A stretch of 64,000 nt of DNA from an uncultured Candidatus Binatia bacterium (GCA_965200965.1 OZ241744.1:1728001-1792000), one strand, 5' to 3'. Positions 29,673 through 39,787 are shown, numbered from the stretch's first letter. Program-made: numbers and translations. Notes: generated from the letters alone by a model not told the origin.

Positions 29673-30605
29673 CTATCCGGCCCACCCCCCGGTTTGCACA
29701 TAGCGGGCCGCGGCCAGCCCCGCGGTTGCGCCGTCGCCGGCCGCGGAGACCAGCTGGCGCGACGACTCGGCACGCACATCGCCGGCCGCCAGGATGCCCG
29801 GTACCGCGGTCCGCATCTGGAGGTCGGTCAGAATCTGGCCCCGGGCGTTCAGGGCAACGCGCCCGTTGAGAAAGCCGGTGTTGGGCCTGAGACCGACATA
29901 GATGAAGACGCCGGCGGCCTCAAGGCGGGAGGACTGGCCGGTTTGCAGGTCTTCGAGGTGTACCCGCTCAACACCCTCGCCGCCCTCAATCGCCCGCAGC
30001 GCGGTATTCCACCGGAAGCGCAGTTTGTCGGCTTGCCGGGCGCGGTCCTGGAGGGCGCGGCAGGCCCGCAGCGTGTCCCGGCGGTGGACCAGCGTGACCG
30101 CTGAGGCATACCCGGTGAGGTGCAGGCCCTCGTCCAGTGCGGCATCACCACCGCCGACCACCACCACCGGCTTGTCCATGAAAAACGCGCCGTCGCAGGC
30201 CGCGCAGTGCGACACGCCCCTGCCGGCAAAGGCTGCCTCACCCGGAATGTCCAGGCTGGCAAAGCGCGAGCCGCTGGCCACAATCAGGGCCCTGGCCCGC
30301 AGCTCGCCGGCGTCGGTATCCAGTACCCTGTCCGCGCCCTCCAGCCGGACCGAGGCCACCTCGCTCAGTCGCATGTCCAGGCCAAAGCTCATGGCCTGCT
30401 GCTGCAACAGCGGCCCCAGCGTATAGCCGGCCACCCCGTCGGGAAAGCCGGGGTAGTTTTCAATCCGCTCGCAGTTGAGGACCTGGCCGCCGGCCGAAAA
30501 GCGTTCCAGCAGGACGGTCCGGCAGCCGGCCCGGGCCGCGTACAGGCCGGCGCTGAAGCCGGCCGCCCCGCCGCCGATAACGATAATGTCGCAGGTCCCA
30601 GCCAT
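29673..30605 (-). CDS. trxB: thioredoxin-disulfide reductase
   Basis: IGGGAAG, IENYPGF, GVSHCAACDG, VGGGDAA, AAGDV. Confidence 0.88.
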   Translation of the reverse strand: MAGTCDIIVIGGGAAGFSAGLYAARAGCRTVLLERFSAGGQVLNCERIENYPGFPDGVAGYTLGPLLQQQAMSFGLDMRLSEVASVRLEGADRVLDTDAGELRARALIVASGSRFASLDIPGEAAFAGRGVSHCAACDGAFFMDKPVVVVGGGDAALDEGLHLTGYASAVTLVHRRDTLRACRALQDRARQADKLRFRWNTALRAIEGGEGVERVHLEDLQTGQSSRLEAAGVFIYVGLRPNTGFLNGRVALNARGQILTDLQMRTAVPGILAAGDVRAESSRQLVSAAGDGATAGLAAARYVQTGGWAG

Positions 30606-30656
30606 AGTGATACCCCCCACCGGAACAGTCCCGAATCATACACAGGTTTGCGGGCC

Positions 30657-30800
30657 TCAGCCACGCGCCTCAGGCGGTCGTCCGAAAAACGGAATCAGCG
30701 CCAGCAGCATGGCGTAGGTCAGACCCATAGCTTGCAGATGCAGCAGGTCTTCACGCAGCCGCCAGCCGGCAACCTTGAAAAAATGGCCCAGGGGGGCGGT
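30657..30800 (-). pseudogene. possible YihY/BrkB-family N-terminal fragment
   Basis: WRLREDLLHLQAMGLTYAMLLALIPFF resembles the first YihY TM motif; ORF ends immediately after. Confidence 0.45.
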
Positions 30801-31018
30801 CAAGCAGGTCACAGCCGGCCAGTTCAGCACCCGGCCACTATAGCCCGATACACCGCCAAACCGAAGAGGCGCAGCCGCGTCTTTCCGCGCAACCGGCGGC
30901 ACGGTTGACATATGCCGCCAGAATGGGCTAAGCGTTGTGCCAAAGAAGCCTGAAAACGAAATCAGCCCTTGCGCAAGGCCGCCGAGGGTGCTCAGTTGGC
31001 CGGCAGGCGGGCGTCAAT

Positions 31019-34000
31019 ATGGCCCGAAAAGTGGAAAAAACAGAACGCTATCTGAATACGCGCCACGCCGGCCTCACCGGTCTGCTACTCCTGTGCGGCC
31101 TGCTGTTGACCCTTGCCCCCACGGCCAGGGCGCAAACAGCCACCTCCACGCCGGCCGCAACCCTCACCGTCACCACCCTTACGGATGACGCCAAAACGCC
31201 GGCACCGGGGTCTCTCCGCTATCAGGTGAACCGGGCCAAGGCCATGTCTACCTCGACGACAATCATTTTCGACCCGGCCCTCAGTGGCGGCACCATCACG
31301 CCCACCCGCCGGCTGGAGCTCTCTGGCAACATACATCTCCTCGCCCAGGATGCCGCCGGGATGTCCATTGGTATGACGCTCGATGGGTCACGGCTCCCGG
31401 CTGGCAATGATGTGCTGACCATCTCTTCCAACACCGCCACCGTTTCGGGATTCGATATCGTCAACTTCGCCGATGCGGGCATCGCCGTCTCAGGCTCTTG
31501 GAGATGCCCGGCCAAGGCACGGGTCACGATCTCCGATAATGTCCTGATAGTAGCCACTTCTACGGCCGTCGGGATTGAGGTGGGCAGTGGCACCCGCCGG
31601 TGCTCCGCCGTGACCATCAGCGAGAATCGGATCGCGGCGGATACGTCTGAGCCGGAAAGCCGAGGGGCCGGCATCTACATTACTGTCGAGGGGTTTAGCG
31701 CCAGGGCGGCCGCCACCGTGTCCGGTAATACTATCACCGGGGCCGGCATCCGCTTTGAAAACGCTGGCGACGGGGGTACCAATGAGATGACCGCCACCGT
31801 GTCCGGTAATACTATCACCGGGGCCGGCATCCGCTTTGAAAACACTGGCGGCAGGGGTATCTACAGGCTAAAGGCCACCGTGTCCGGTAATACTATCACC
31901 GGGGCCGGCATCCACTTTGAAGACGATGCCCGCCGCGGGGTTTTCCCCTATGATTATGATCCCGGTCATCGCAGGCTAAAGGCCACCGTGTCCGGTAATA
32001 CTATCACCGGGGCCGGCATCCACTTTGAAGACTATCTCCGCGGGGGGCTAACCGCCACCGTGTCCGGTAATACTACCACCGGGGCCGGCATCCACTTTGA
32101 AAACAAATACGGGGGAACAAACGCCACCGTGTCCGGTAATACTACCACCGGCATCCGCTTTGAAGGCAGCCTGTTCAGCGGGTGGGTAACTGCCACCGTG
32201 TCCGGTAATACTACCACCAGCACCGGCATCCACTTTGTAAACAGATCCGGCTCGGGGTCCAATCGGCTAAAGGCCACCGTGTCCGCCAATACTATCACCG
32301 GCACCGGCATCTCCTATGAAAACAGAGGCGGAGGGGGTGGCCAGCGGATAACCGCCACCGTGTCCAGTAATACGATCACCGGCACCGGCACCGGCATCGC
32401 CTTTGAAGACCGAGCCGGCGGAGGGGGCCATCGGATAACCGCCACCGTGTCCGGTAATACGATCACTGGCACAGGCACCGGCATCGCCTATGACAACAGA
32501 GGCGGAGGGGGTGGCCATACGGTAACTGCCACCGTGTCCGGTAATACGATCACTGGCACAGGCACCGGCATCGCCTATAGAAACAGATCCGGCGGGGGTG
32601 GCCAGCGGATGACCGCCACCGTGTCCAGTAATACGATCACCGGAGCGCGCTATGGGATTAGGATTACCAATGGAGGTGGCGGCGGGGGCAACAGACTCAC
32701 GGTCCGTGGATCCGACAACACGATCATCGGCAGCGGCATGTATGGGATTCAGCTTGTCGGAGGTAACGGCGGGGACAAAAGATTAACGGTCCGTGGATCC
32801 GGCAACACGGTCATCGGCAGCGGCACGGCGGATATCTTCGCATTAACCAGCCGATGGTCATCCACTGCTGTGAGCGGGCGTCTTGAGAACACCATCTTCA
32901 ACACCAAATCAGTCGTGGGAGGGAGCTTCACCGTCCACAGATACCAGGCCGCCACGCTCCCCAGCGGGGGTCTCACCGGCGGGTACCGGAACCAGGACGG
33001 CACGACCGAGGTCGTGACCATCCCCACCATTGAGGAAACCTATCTGTCCGCCCCGGCCCAGGTTGCCCCGCGCCAGGCGGTCGAGCGGGCCGTGGCCGTG
33101 GTCTCCAGGCAGGCCACCTCAACGGATTTCGGGGCCACCCCCCTCGTCGTCCGCCTCATTCCCCGGGATGCAGACGGGCGGGTGGTCAGCGGCGTAGCTG
33201 ACCACCCCGTGCGGGTGTGTTTACCCCTGCCGGCCGGCCTGTCGGACGCGCCCACTCCACAGCTCGCCTGGCTGGACGGCCCCGTCTGGCACCTCCTGTC
33301 CTCGGAGCGGTCAGAGGGGCAGATCTGCGCCGATTTCCGCGGGTTCCCGCTCTTTCTTGGCAGCACCGGCGTTCCGGACACCCCCGACAATCCCGGCGGT
33401 CCCGGCAACCCCGGCGGTGGCACCACCAACCCCGGCGGCCCCGGCAACCCCGCTCCGCCGCAGCACCAAGCCGCGGATGCTGAAGCCACAGCGCGCGGCA
33501 CGGAGAGCGCGGGCAGCAGTGCCCCCCTCGCCGGCCACCCCCCCTTGGTCGGTGTTCTGGAGAACCCCCGGCCAGCCTCCTCGCAGAGTGGCATCGGGCT
33601 GATCTCGGGCTGGGTGTGCGCCGGGGCGGTGGTTGAACTGGAGGTGGACGGCACGCCTCTCGGAGCAGCCGCCTCTGGCACGAGCCGGGCCGATGTGGCC
33701 GCCACTGGGGCCTGCGGGGGCCGGGCCGATGTCGGCTTTGGGCTGCTGTTCAACTGGAACCTGCTCGGTGACGGCCAACATACCATCCGGGCCTTGGCCG
33801 ATGGGGTCGAGTTCAGCCAGGCGACCTTCACCGTGACGACCCTGGGGGAGGAGTTCGTCCACGAGGGCAGCGGCACGGCCCTGGTGGCCGACTTTCCGTC
33901 TCCGGGCGAGCAGGCACGGCTGGTGTGGCAGGCGGGTCTCCAGAACTTCATGCTGGCCCCGCTTTCGGCCCCGGCGGCCCGGCCGGCCGGCGGGCTGGCA

Positions 34001-34444
34001 CCCGCCCCGGCCGGCGGCCCGCTCGGCGTCCTGGAAAACCCGGCCGGCGGCTCCTTCCAGAGCGGCCTCAGCGTGCTGTCGGGCTGGGTGTGTGAGGCCA
34101 CGGTGGTTGAGGTTGAACTCAACGGCGACAGCGCCCACCGGCTGGCGGCAGCCTATGGGACCGGCCGGGCCGATACGGCCGACGCTTGCGGCAACGCCGG
34201 CAGCAACGGCTTTGGGCTGCTGTTCAACTGGAACCTGCTCGGCGATGGGGTCCACACCGTGCGGGTGCTGGCCGACGGGGTGGAGTTTGGCCGGGCGACG
34301 TTCACCGTGACGACCTTCGGGGAAGAGTTCGTCCGGGAGGCCCGCGGGCGGGTGGTCGTGGCCGACTTTCCGTCCCCGGGCGAGACCGCCATGCTGGCTT
34401 GGCAGGAAGCCACCCAGACCTTTGTGATTACGCACCTGGAGTAA
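31019..34444 (+). CDS. large secreted protein: right-handed beta-helix with tandem repeats, PGGPGN linker, duplicated C-terminal domain
   Basis: Signal peptide (ARA-Q), VTTLTD..PGSLR N-motif, ATVSGNTITG repeats, two copies of GVLENP..SG(I/L)..SGWVC..FGLLFNWNLLGDG..DFPSPG. Confidence 0.85.
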   Translation: MARKVEKTERYLNTRHAGLTGLLLLCGLLLTLAPTARAQTATSTPAATLTVTTLTDDAKTPAPGSLRYQVNRAKAMSTSTTIIFDPALSGGTITPTRRLELSGNIHLLAQDAAGMSIGMTLDGSRLPAGNDVLTISSNTATVSGFDIVNFADAGIAVSGSWRCPAKARVTISDNVLIVATSTAVGIEVGSGTRRCSAVTISENRIAADTSEPESRGAGIYITVEGFSARAAATVSGNTITGAGIRFENAGDGGTNEMTATVSGNTITGAGIRFENTGGRGIYRLKATVSGNTITGAGIHFEDDARRGVFPYDYDPGHRRLKATVSGNTITGAGIHFEDYLRGGLTATVSGNTTTGAGIHFENKYGGTNATVSGNTTTGIRFEGSLFSGWVTATVSGNTTTSTGIHFVNRSGSGSNRLKATVSANTITGTGISYENRGGGGGQRITATVSSNTITGTGTGIAFEDRAGGGGHRITATVSGNTITGTGTGIAYDNRGGGGGHTVTATVSGNTITGTGTGIAYRNRSGGGGQRMTATVSSNTITGARYGIRITNGGGGGGNRLTVRGSDNTIIGSGMYGIQLVGGNGGDKRLTVRGSGNTVIGSGTADIFALTSRWSSTAVSGRLENTIFNTKSVVGGSFTVHRYQAATLPSGGLTGGYRNQDGTTEVVTIPTIEETYLSAPAQVAPRQAVERAVAVVSRQATSTDFGATPLVVRLIPRDADGRVVSGVADHPVRVCLPLPAGLSDAPTPQLAWLDGPVWHLLSSERSEGQICADFRGFPLFLGSTGVPDTPDNPGGPGNPGGGTTNPGGPGNPAPPQHQAADAEATARGTESAGSSAPLAGHPPLVGVLENPRPASSQSGIGLISGWVCAGAVVELEVDGTPLGAAASGTSRADVAATGACGGRADVGFGLLFNWNLLGDGQHTIRALADGVEFSQATFTVTTLGEEFVHEGSGTALVADFPSPGEQARLVWQAGLQNFMLAPLSAPAARPAGGLAPAPAGGPLGVLENPAGGSFQSGLSVLSGWVCEATVVEVELNGDSAHRLAAAYGTGRADTADACGNAGSNGFGLLFNWNLLGDGVHTVRVLADGVEFGRATFTVTTFGEEFVREARGRVVVADFPSPGETAMLAWQEATQTFVITHLE
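31712..32645 (+). repeat. intragenic array of 12 near-identical units (gccaccgtgtccggtaatactatcaccgg...ggcatc) with variable in-frame spacers
   Basis: Units start at about 31712, 31793, 31874, 31982, 32054, 32123, 32192, 32273, 32354, 32441, 32528, 32615; all periods are multiples of 3. Confidence 0.9.
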
Positions 34445-34569
34445 GGGGCCGGGAGTGCCGGCGGCCCCGTCCGCCTGATGTTCCTGTCCACGGTGCCCCG
34501 GCCTCGGGCGCGAGCGTCCGGGGCTGAAAATTGACACCACCACAGGCTTGCATCCAGGTCGCTGCCCGA

Positions 34570-34610
34570 TGAATCATCCTGTCTTCCTCTCGGTCGGTCA
34601 GGACGATTCA
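34570..34610. repeat. hairpin family H, copy B (reverse orientation)
   Basis: tgaatcatcct-gtcttcctctcggtcggtc-aggacgattca, just upstream of a TTGACA. Confidence 0.7.
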
Positions 34611-34657
34611 CCTTGACAAATACCACACGTTCGGGTAGGGCTTCGGGCAGCCAAGCC

Positions 34658-36781
34658 ATGCGTGGAAAACATCTGCTCCTGTTCGCTCCCCTCGCCCTGA
34701 TCGGGCTGTTGTTGCAGTCATACTTCTGGGTTCCGAGCTATGAAAAGCAGGCCGTTGGCAATCCGGCCCGGCTCCGCACCTATATTGCGGCTTCTATTGC
34801 TGACGCCAGAATTCTGAATCCCATCCTCAATGCGGATGGGGCCAGCAGTCAGATTACCAGCCTGGTGTTTGACGGGCTGCTTGACCTGGACGAGAACCTG
34901 AACCTGCGCGGCCGGCTGGCCACAGACTGGTCTCTTACCGAAAAAGCCTATCTGCTCGCCCGCCCGCAGCTCGCCCTGCCCGACGGCAGCCGGGCGACCG
35001 GAGCGCGCCTGCTGGCGTTCGTGTCCCGGGCCCGGGCAGATGGTGCCCTGCCCGAATTCGACGGCCTCCTCCTTTCCATGCGGCTGCTGCCGGCCGAGGA
35101 AAAAACCGAAACCCTCACGCTCCTGAACCCGGACGATCAGGGACAGCCGACACCACGCCGGCTTGACGTCAGCATTCGTGTGCCTGAGCGCATTGAGTTT
35201 ACCCTGGGGCGGGTTGAGCAGGATTTCTTTCAGCCGCTCATCGCCCTCTTGGGCGAAACCTATTTCCGGGACTTTCCCTACCACGACCACATCACGACGC
35301 CCCACGCCACTCTGGACGACAGCGTGCAGGCCCACTTTCCGGCCCTGTTGCCGGTGGCAGAGCATAACCCGGTCATTGCGTTTCGGTTGCGGCGGGGTGT
35401 CCGCTTTCACGACGGCCATCCGTTTGACGCCGGCGATGTCAAATTCACTTATGAGGCCATTATGAATCCGCGCAATATCTCGCCCCGGACTTCGGACTAC
35501 GAGCCGATCGAGCGGGTGGATATTCTCGACCCGTATACCGTCCACGTCACCTACAAACGCCTCTATTCGCCGGCTATCAACGCCTGGACGATGGGCATTC
35601 TCCCCGAACATCTGCTCAACGCCGCCGCGCTTGCAACCGAAATGGAGGCCCGGCAGGTGTCGGATACGGTGCGAGAGAACTTTGGGATGCGCGACAGTCA
35701 GTTCAACCGCTACCCGGTCGGGACCGGCCCCTTCCGCTTTGTTGAATGGCAGGGTGACGAGTTCATCCATCTCACCCGCAACACCGGCTATTGGGAGCGG
35801 GTCCCCGAGTACGCCGACTATTATTTTCGTGTCATTCCCGAACTGCTGACCCAGGAGGTCGAGTTCAGGAGCGGGGCGATTGACTCCTATGGAGTCCAGC
35901 CCCATCAGGTGGCGCGCTACAAACACGAGGATGCCTATCAGTCTTTTTCCAGCCTGGGCCTTGGCTACTCCTACATAGGCTATAACAACCGCCACCCCCT
36001 GTTTGCCGATACACGGGTCCGGCGGGCGCTTGGCATGGCGCTGAACATTGATGAGATCATCACCTATCTGCTCTACGGAGAAGGCGAACGGATCACCGGC
36101 CCCTATCCACGCCAGACCGAGTGGTATGACCCGGGCATTACACCGCTCGGCTATGACCCGGAGGCCGCCCAAGCTCTGCTTGCCGAAGCCGGCTGGCAGC
36201 GCAACGCCGAAGGCTGGCTCGAAAAAGACGGGCAGCGCTTTGAGTTCACCCTGATCAGCAACAACGGCAACCTCATCCGCTCCAACATCATGACCATCGC
36301 CCAGGACGCCTGGAAAAAAATCGGGGTGAAATGTCATACCCAGGTCTTTGAGTGGGCGGTCTTTCTCAAGGATTTTATCAATACCGGCTCGTTTGACGCC
36401 GTTGTCCTGGGCTGGAGCATGGGCATCGATCCCGACCTGTACCAGATTTTTCATTCGAGCCAGGCCGGCCCGCAGCAACTCAACTTTGTGGGCTATGCCA
36501 ACCCCGAGGCCGATGAACTGATCGTCCGCATTCGCCGGGAGTATGACCCTGCCCGCCAGCGCGTCCTCGCCCACCGCCTGCACCGCGTGATCGCCGAAGA
36601 CCAGCCCTACACCTTTCTGTATGTGGGGCTGTCAACCCGCGTCCTGGACAAAAAAATTGTCCTGGTCGAAAGAGAAGCCGACGGCGATGAACGCTATGAA
36701 AAAATCTACCCGACCAAGAGCGGCACCATCTCCTTCTATTTCAACAAGTGGCGGAAACTGGAGTTCACCCCCGCCTTCTAG
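34658..36781 (+). CDS. peptide ABC transporter substrate-binding protein (family 5) with a large insertion
   Basis: LNPIL, FRLRRGVRFHDGHPFDAGDVKFTY, PVGTGPF, RVRRAL. Confidence 0.93.
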   Translation: MRGKHLLLFAPLALIGLLLQSYFWVPSYEKQAVGNPARLRTYIAASIADARILNPILNADGASSQITSLVFDGLLDLDENLNLRGRLATDWSLTEKAYLLARPQLALPDGSRATGARLLAFVSRARADGALPEFDGLLLSMRLLPAEEKTETLTLLNPDDQGQPTPRRLDVSIRVPERIEFTLGRVEQDFFQPLIALLGETYFRDFPYHDHITTPHATLDDSVQAHFPALLPVAEHNPVIAFRLRRGVRFHDGHPFDAGDVKFTYEAIMNPRNISPRTSDYEPIERVDILDPYTVHVTYKRLYSPAINAWTMGILPEHLLNAAALATEMEARQVSDTVRENFGMRDSQFNRYPVGTGPFRFVEWQGDEFIHLTRNTGYWERVPEYADYYFRVIPELLTQEVEFRSGAIDSYGVQPHQVARYKHEDAYQSFSSLGLGYSYIGYNNRHPLFADTRVRRALGMALNIDEIITYLLYGEGERITGPYPRQTEWYDPGITPLGYDPEAAQALLAEAGWQRNAEGWLEKDGQRFEFTLISNNGNLIRSNIMTIAQDAWKKIGVKCHTQVFEWAVFLKDFINTGSFDAVVLGWSMGIDPDLYQIFHSSQAGPQQLNFVGYANPEADELIVRIRREYDPARQRVLAHRLHRVIAEDQPYTFLYVGLSTRVLDKKIVLVEREADGDERYEKIYPTKSGTISFYFNKWRKLEFTPAF

Positions 36782-36793
36782 GCCAGGACGCCT

Positions 36794-37756
36794 ATGTGGG
36801 TTTTCCTTTTTCGGGCGATGGTCCAGCGCCTCGCGCTCTTGGGCGTGATCTCGGTCCTGGCCTTCTCGATCGTCCACCTTGCGCCGGGTGAGCCGAGCGA
36901 GGTGGACCCGACCAATCCGCGCATGAAGCCCGAAGATATCGCGCGTATTCGCGCGGCCTTCCACCTGGACGAACCGCTCTATCTCCAGTACGCCTACTGG
37001 CTGCGCGACCTGACGACCGGCGAGCTGAAATCGTTCAAAGACAGCCAGTCCGTTCTGCCAAAAATCTGGCGGCGCTTTCTCAACTCCCTCCCCCTGTTTG
37101 TGTGCGCCACGCTCATTGTGTGGAGCCTGTCTTTTCCCACCGGCATCCAGGCCGCCATCCGGCGCGGCTCTGCGTTTGACCGCTCCACCACCTTTGTGGC
37201 CTATGCCTTCATCTCTATTCCGGGCTTTTTTCTGTCCTATCTCGTCATTCAGTGGGTCGTAGACCTCTTCAATGTGCCTGTCATCGGGATGCGCACCTTT
37301 GGTATGGAGAACGCCCAGCCGGCCTTTCGCTGGATGGACCGCCTGTGGCATCTGGTCGTCCCGTCCCTGATGTCGGCGGTTGCCGGCATTGCCATTCTGT
37401 CCCGCTATGTGCGGTCCCAGATGCTCGAAGTTGTACGTCAGGACTATGTGCGAACTGCGCGGGCCAAAGGGTTGACCGAAGACAGCGTGATCTATCGCCA
37501 CGCCTTGCGCAACGCACTGCTGCCGTTTGTGACCATGTTCGGTTTTTTGTTGCCGGGACTGATTGGCGGCTCGGTCATCTTTGAGCAGATTTTCGCCTGG
37601 CCCGGTTTAGGCCGGCTCGGCTACGAGGCTATCCTGGCCCGCGATTTTCCGGTTATCCTGACCCTCAACTTCATTGCCGCAACGCTGACCCTGGCCGGCA
37701 CTTTTGTTTCAGACGTGCTGTACGCGGTGGTTGATCCCCGCATCCGGCTGCATTAG
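36794..37756 (+). CDS. peptide ABC transporter permease (OppB/DppB-like)
   Basis: RSQMLEV..QDYVRTARAKGL, IFAWPGLG, DPRIR. Confidence 0.93.
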   Translation: MWVFLFRAMVQRLALLGVISVLAFSIVHLAPGEPSEVDPTNPRMKPEDIARIRAAFHLDEPLYLQYAYWLRDLTTGELKSFKDSQSVLPKIWRRFLNSLPLFVCATLIVWSLSFPTGIQAAIRRGSAFDRSTTFVAYAFISIPGFFLSYLVIQWVVDLFNVPVIGMRTFGMENAQPAFRWMDRLWHLVVPSLMSAVAGIAILSRYVRSQMLEVVRQDYVRTARAKGLTEDSVIYRHALRNALLPFVTMFGFLLPGLIGGSVIFEQIFAWPGLGRLGYEAILARDFPVILTLNFIAATLTLAGTFVSDVLYAVVDPRIRLH

Positions 37757-37758
37757 CA

Positions 37759-38724
37759 ATGGCTGAACCCGGCCCAGTACACACGGACGATCTGCCGGCG
37801 GCGGAAACGCCACTCCAGGAAGCCTGGCGGCTCTTTCGGCACGATCGGCTGGCCCTCGCTGGTTTGGGGGTCCTGGGGCTGCTGGTGCTCATGGCCGCGG
37901 CGGGAAAAATCCTGACCGAATGGATTGTGCTTTTTGACCCGGCTGGTGTGCGTCTGCCGGACAAATTCCTCCCGCCCCTGTCCGCGGTGTCGGCCGAGCT
38001 CATCCCGGCGGCCCACCACCCGCCGTGGGGTGTGTATCTGCTCGGCACCGACGAGCTGGGCCGGGATGTGTTTGCGCGTATGCTGCAAGGCTCGTTTGTC
38101 TCGCTGTCAATCGGCTTTATTGCGGTCGGGATTTCGGTCACTATCGGGATTATCCTGGGTGGCCTGGCCGGCTTTTACGGCAGCGTCAAGCTGGGCCCCA
38201 TCCCGGTCGAGACGCTGATCATGCGCTGTACCGATATCATGCTGTGCTTTCCGACCTTCTTTCTTATTCTGACCGTTGTGGCACTCCTGCCGCCGAGCAT
38301 CTACAACATCATGATTGTGATTGGCCTGACGAGCTGGATGGCTACGGCGCGCTTTGTGCGGGCCGAGTTCCTGGCCCTGCGCGAACAGGACTTTGTGGTG
38401 GCCGCCCATGCCCTGGGGCTACCGGCCAGCCGCATCATCTTTCGGCATATGGTTCCCAACGCCATTGCTCCGGTGCTGGTCTCGGCCACCATCGGGGTGG
38501 CCGGCGCTATCCTGACCGAGTCCGGTTTGAGCTTTCTCGGCTTTGGCGTGCAGCCACCGTATGCGACCTGGGGGAATATCCTGGCCGGCGGCCGCGGTTT
38601 CATTTTTGACGCGCCCTGGCTGTTTTTTATCCCAGGGCTGGCTATTTTCATTGTGGTCCTGGCGTTCAACCTGGTCGGCGAAGGTCTGCGCGAGGCGCTC
38701 AACCCCCGCTTACGGAACCGCTAG
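37759..38724 (+). CDS. peptide ABC transporter permease (OppC/DppC-like)
   Basis: LGTDELGRD, ESGLSFLGFG, FNLVGEGLREALNPR. Confidence 0.93.
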   Translation: MAEPGPVHTDDLPAAETPLQEAWRLFRHDRLALAGLGVLGLLVLMAAAGKILTEWIVLFDPAGVRLPDKFLPPLSAVSAELIPAAHHPPWGVYLLGTDELGRDVFARMLQGSFVSLSIGFIAVGISVTIGIILGGLAGFYGSVKLGPIPVETLIMRCTDIMLCFPTFFLILTVVALLPPSIYNIMIVIGLTSWMATARFVRAEFLALREQDFVVAAHALGLPASRIIFRHMVPNAIAPVLVSATIGVAGAILTESGLSFLGFGVQPPYATWGNILAGGRGFIFDAPWLFFIPGLAIFIVVLAFNLVGEGLREALNPRLRNR

Positions 38725-39747
38725 ATGACCGCTCCCCTGCTCGCCATTCACGACCTCCAGGTCTCATTCTTCACCGACAAGGGTGAGGTGCGGGCCGTTC
38801 GGGGTATTGACCTTGCGATCGAGCCGGGCCAGACATTGGCCCTGGTTGGCGAGTCCGGGTGTGGCAAGTCGGCGACTGCCCTTTCGATCATGCGCCTGAT
38901 TGAGTCTCCGGGCCGCATTGTCCACGGCTCACTGGTGTATCGGGGGCAGGACCTGGCCCGCCTGCCCGAACCGGCCCTGCGTGCCATTCGGGGCAAATCG
39001 ATTGGGATGATTTTCCAGGAACCCATGACCTCGCTGAATCCGGTGTTTTCCATTGGCAATCAGATCGGGGAAGTCCTCCGGCTCCACCAGGGGCTGTCTG
39101 AGCGGGCGGCGAAACACGAAGTGCTGCGCCTGCTCGAAACGGTCGGCATCCCCTCGCCGGCGCAGCGTTTCGGCCAATATCCGCACGAGTTGTCGGGCGG
39201 GATGAAACAACGGGTCATGATTGCCATAGCCCTGGCCTGCCGTCCCGAGCTGCTGATTGCCGACGAGCCGACCACCGCCTTGGATGTCACCGTTCAGGCC
39301 CAGATTCTCGAGCTGCTCAAGCGCCTCCAGGACGAGATTGGCATGGCGATTCTCCTCATTACCCACAACCTCGGTGTCGTGGCCCAGTTTGCCCAGGTCG
39401 TCGCTGTCATGTACGCGGGGAAGATCATTGAACGCGCCCCGGTCCGCGCCTTGTTTCACAACCCGGTCCATCCCTACACCCAGGCCCTCCTCCAGGCCCT
39501 CCCGCAAAGACACAGCGTGTCATCCGGTCGGGAGGAAGGCGACACGATGTGTCCTCGGCGCGGTCGCCGCGCCGGGCGGCTTGCGGCCATCACCGGCACG
39601 GTTCCCTCACCCTTGTCCTATCCGCGGGGGTGCGCTTTTGCCGCTCGCTGCCCCGCGGTTCTCGATGATTGCCCAAGCCAACAGCCACAGATGACGAGCG
39701 TCGGGCCGGCTCACGAGACCGCCTGCTGGCTGCACAACAAGGAGTGA
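38725..39747 (+). CDS. peptide ABC transporter ATPase (OppD/DppD-like)
   Basis: [27 protein letters not shown]-terminal Cys motif. Confidence 0.94.
   Translation: MTAPLLAIHDLQVSFFTDKGEVRAVRGIDLAIEPGQTLALVGESGCGKSATALSIMRLIESPGRIVHGSLVYRGQDLARLPEPALRAIRGKSIGMIFQEPMTSLNPVFSIGNQIGEVLRLHQGLSERAAKHEVLRLLETVGIPSPAQRFGQYPHELSGGMKQRVMIAIALACRPELLIADEPTTALDVTVQAQILELLKRLQDEIGMAILLITHNLGVVAQFAQVVAVMYAGKIIERAPVRALFHNPVHPYTQALLQALPQRHSVSSGREEGDTMCPRRGRRAGRLAAITGTVPSPLSYPRGCAFAARCPAVLDDCPSQQPQMTSVGPAHETACWLHNKE
39516..39546. repeat. hairpin family H, copy C, in-frame inside the OppD-like gene
   Basis: cgtgtc-atccggtcgggaggaaggc-gacacg. Confidence 0.75.
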
Positions 39748-39787
39748 ACGTGTCATCCGGTCGGAAGGAAGGCGACGCGTTCACTCC
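39741..39787. repeat. hairpin family H, copy D, contains the OppD-like stop codon
   Basis: ggagtgaacgtgtc-atccggtcggaaggaaggc-gacgcgttcactcc. Confidence 0.8.

Noticed and set aside
31712-32645. CRISPR array (repeat-spacer appearance)
   Set aside because: All periods are multiples of 3 and in frame within one ORF, spacers vary widely in length and resemble each other, and no cas genes are present.
34718-36583. 621-aa minus-strand ORF and similar long antisense ORFs (24598..26178, 27398..28762, 33311..34543)
   Set aside because: Shadow frames of well-supported genes in GC-rich DNA, with no motifs.
39741-39787. SRP (4.5S) RNA, because of GGTCGGAAGGAAG and ffh in the window
   Set aside because: Lacks the CAGG/AGCAG internal loop and length of SRP RNA; it is one of six dispersed copies in both orientations.
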